DNA of 26,728 nucleotides, taken from NCBI GenBank assembly GCA_013698195.1, contig JACCVK010000358.1:1-26728 (forward strand), read 5' to 3'. The notes under the pieces are model-generated. The model saw only the letters and a program-made list of their open reading frames with translations, had not been told where the DNA came from and ran no database searches. Position 1 is the stretch's first letter, and each line of letters begins with the position of its first letter. Below are positions 24,769 through 26,728 of the stretch, piece by piece. The stretch comes from Actinomycetota bacterium. GTDB taxonomy: Bacteria > Actinomycetota > Thermoleophilia > Gaiellales > Gaiellaceae. The position numbers were made by a program, and so were the translations under genes.

Positions 24769-26256
24769 TTGAAGCCGTTCCCGCCCGGCGAGTACCCGGT
24801 CCTCGTCGTCGGGAGCGGGCCGGGCGGCCTGCAGGCGAGCTACTGCCTCCGGCGACTTGGCGTCGACCACGCCGTGCTCTCTGCCGACGATGGCCCCGGC
24901 GGGATGTTCCAGCGCTTCCCGCTCTTCGAGCGCCTCATTAGCTGGACACACGCAGGCGCAGACGCGGAGCGTGGGACGCGCGAGTACGAGCTCCACGACC
25001 AGAACAGCCTCGTCGCCGACGACCCCGCGCTCGGCGCGCTCGTTCCAGGCCAGCTTGCGGATGGGCACCGGCGACCGTCGCGAGACGAGATGGTCGCGGC
25101 CATGCGCTCGTTCGCCGAGCGCGCGCCCATCCCGGTGCGCTACGAGTGCCGCTGGGAGTCGACCAAGCAGGAAGACTCGGCTTACGTGCTCGCGACGAGC
25201 GACGGGGAGTACCGCTGTCGCGCTGCGGTCTTCGCCATCGGTATGACCCAGCCGTGGATACCCCCGATCCCGGGCCTCGAGCTCGAGCAGCACTATGTCA
25301 ACGTCGACTGCGCTCCGGATCGCTATCGCGGCAGGCGCGTCGTCATCGTCGGCAAGCGCAACTCGGCGTTCGAGATCGGCGAGGCGATCTCACGCCAGGG
25401 ACTGCGCGAGCTGACTCTCGTATCTCCGCGCTCGCCCGACCTCGGCCGCCTCGCGCGCTCGCCGCTCCGGCCCTGGTATCTGACGACGTACGACGAGCAC
25501 GTGCGCGGCGCGCCGGGACGATTCGTCCTGAACGCCTCGGTCGACCGGGTCGAACATCGCGAGGGCGGCTTCGTCGTCCACGCACTCGACCCGACTCGGT
25601 CGGAGCCGTTACTGCTGGAGGCCGACGACGTCATTGCCGCCACCGGCTTCTCGACGCCGTTGCAAGATCTGCCGGAGCTCGGCGTCGCGACCGTGCGGGA
25701 GGGGCGGCTACCCGCACTAAGCGCATTCTGGGAAAGCGTGACGGTGCCGGGCCTCTTCTTTGCAGGGAACGTCAGCGACGCGGCCCCGGGGCTCCGCAAG
25801 CACGGCGTCGCGAGCCTCTCGACGATGGTCGGCGGATTTCGCTACAACGCACGCGTTCTTGCGAGGCATTTGGCGGAGACGCTTTTCGGGATGTCCTCGG
25901 AGCGGCCGCGCATCGAGCGAGACTGCATCTCGGCCTTCCTGCTGCACGAGTTGAACCACTCACCCGAGCTCGCCTTCCAGAAGGGCTACCTCGCCCGCGT
26001 GCTGCGCGCGTCTGACGACGAAGGCGCGATCCTCGACGAGGGGATTCTTCCGCTCGAGGTCTTCGTGGACGGCTCCGCTGACGGTGTCGCAATCACGCTC
26101 GAGTTCGACGCGGAGGAGACGATCAGGCCGGTGGTCTACGTGCGGCACGATGGCGTGCTGCACGAGGAGCTGCTGGCGCCGCACCCGCTCCGTCGCTATG
26201 ACGGGCAGCCCTATCTCGAGGACGTCGAGAAGCTCCTGCGGCCGCTGCTCCGTTAG
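24769..26256 (+). CDS. FAD/NAD(P)-dependent oxidoreductase, FMO/FOXRED2-like
   Basis: VLVVGSGPGG (FAD), VVIVGKRNSAFE (NAD(P)), VIAATGF, GLFFAGN, GFRYNAR. TTG 24769, 4 nt after the cNMP gene stop. Confidence 0.85.
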   Translation: MKPFPPGEYPVLVVGSGPGGLQASYCLRRLGVDHAVLSADDGPGGMFQRFPLFERLISWTHAGADAERGTREYELHDQNSLVADDPALGALVPGQLADGHRRPSRDEMVAAMRSFAERAPIPVRYECRWESTKQEDSAYVLATSDGEYRCRAAVFAIGMTQPWIPPIPGLELEQHYVNVDCAPDRYRGRRVVIVGKRNSAFEIGEAISRQGLRELTLVSPRSPDLGRLARSPLRPWYLTTYDEHVRGAPGRFVLNASVDRVEHREGGFVVHALDPTRSEPLLLEADDVIAATGFSTPLQDLPELGVATVREGRLPALSAFWESVTVPGLFFAGNVSDAAPGLRKHGVASLSTMVGGFRYNARVLARHLAETLFGMSSERPRIERDCISAFLLHELNHSPELAFQKGYLARVLRASDDEGAILDEGILPLEVFVDGSADGVAITLEFDAEETIRPVVYVRHDGVLHEELLAPHPLRRYDGQPYLEDVEKLLRPLLR

Positions 26257-26269
26257 CCCGTTTCGCCCG

Positions 26270-26728
26270 TTAGGAGAGAGCCGCGGCCAGTGGAGCCGGT
26301 ACGTCCGGGGTGCGCGGGGGTAGCTTCGCGAGAAGCTCGCGTACGGCGTCCTCGTCTCCCCGAACCGTGACGGCATCGAGCTCACGGTTGACAAGGAGCT
26401 CGTAGAAGGACGCGACATCCCCTTCGACCACTGCTTGGGGCATCTCCGCGGAGCCGGCATAGGCCTCGTCGCCTTCGACGTATCCCACTTCGTCTCCGAC
26501 CCGAAACTCGATGCACGATGCCGTTGGCGGGAGCGCGATGCGCAACGCGCCTGCGAGCCAGCCTGGCTCGAGTACACCCTCCGAGGTCGGAGGCCCGAGG
26601 GAGCGCGCCCCCCAGTGCGCCAGCTGGTGCATCACCGGACGGAGTGCCTCGCCATACTCGGTCAGCTCGTAGACGGTGGAGGCGGCGGGCGGCGGGAGCT
26701 GCCGACGGTGGATCACGCCGCCTTGCTC
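26270..26728 (-). CDS. HxlR-family winged-helix regulator with SCP2-like C-terminal domain (5' end beyond the right edge)
   Basis: GVIHRRQLPPPAASTVYELTEYGEALRPV...LAHWG followed by IEFRVGDE...QAVVEGD. Confidence 0.85.
   Translation of the reverse strand, partial: EQGGVIHRRQLPPPAASTVYELTEYGEALRPVMHQLAHWGARSLGPPTSEGVLEPGWLAGALRIALPPTASCIEFRVGDEVGYVEGDEAYAGSAEMPQAVVEGDVASFYELLVNRELDAVTVRGDEDAVRELLAKLPPRTPDVPAPLAAALS

Noticed and set aside
24769-26256. Calling the flavoprotein dihydrolipoamide dehydrogenase (E3) or thioredoxin reductase
   Set aside because: No CxxxxC or CxxC redox disulfide and no C-terminal interface HPT/E motif.
1-26728. Very frequent CTCGAG, GAGCTC and GTCGAC hexamers
   Set aside because: Explained by codon usage (Leu-Glu, Glu-Leu, Val-Asp) and spread evenly. 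They are not a repeat array, CRISPR or mobile element.

Overview
High-GC (roughly 68-70% by eye), densely coding bacterial DNA, most consistent with a deep-branching actinobacterium (Thermoleophilia/Gaiellales-like). The assignment is inferred from the region-1.1-containing RpoD-like sigma, the MptA-type folE2, the RskA-type anti-sigma and frequent TANNNT boxes sitting just before start codons. I can support 28 CDS and see no rRNA, tRNA, CRISPR array or mobile element. The left and middle parts are mostly housekeeping or stress genes: GS-family enzyme, greA, class III aminotransferase, thyA-folA, ECF sigma/anti-sigma, two head-to-head SODs, plsY, folE2, Fpg/Nei, ArsR-MFS, asparaginase II, RpoD-like sigma, MscS, aspartokinase and a ScyD/E-like protein. 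The standout is a tightly coupled six-gene operon at 19650-26256. It encodes a Thr-nucleophile sulfatase-like protein, PDH-like E1 alpha and E1 beta, an E2-like protein whose lipoyl and E1/E3-binding domains are fused to a left-handed beta-helix (hexapeptide-repeat) acyltransferase instead of the normal E2 core, a degenerate cNMP-binding protein, and a FOXRED2/ERFAD-like flavoprotein. There is no canonical E2 core or E3 in the window. This looks like a repurposed 2-oxoacid-dehydrogenase-type acyl-delivery system. All family assignments come from motif reading and recall, not from database searches.
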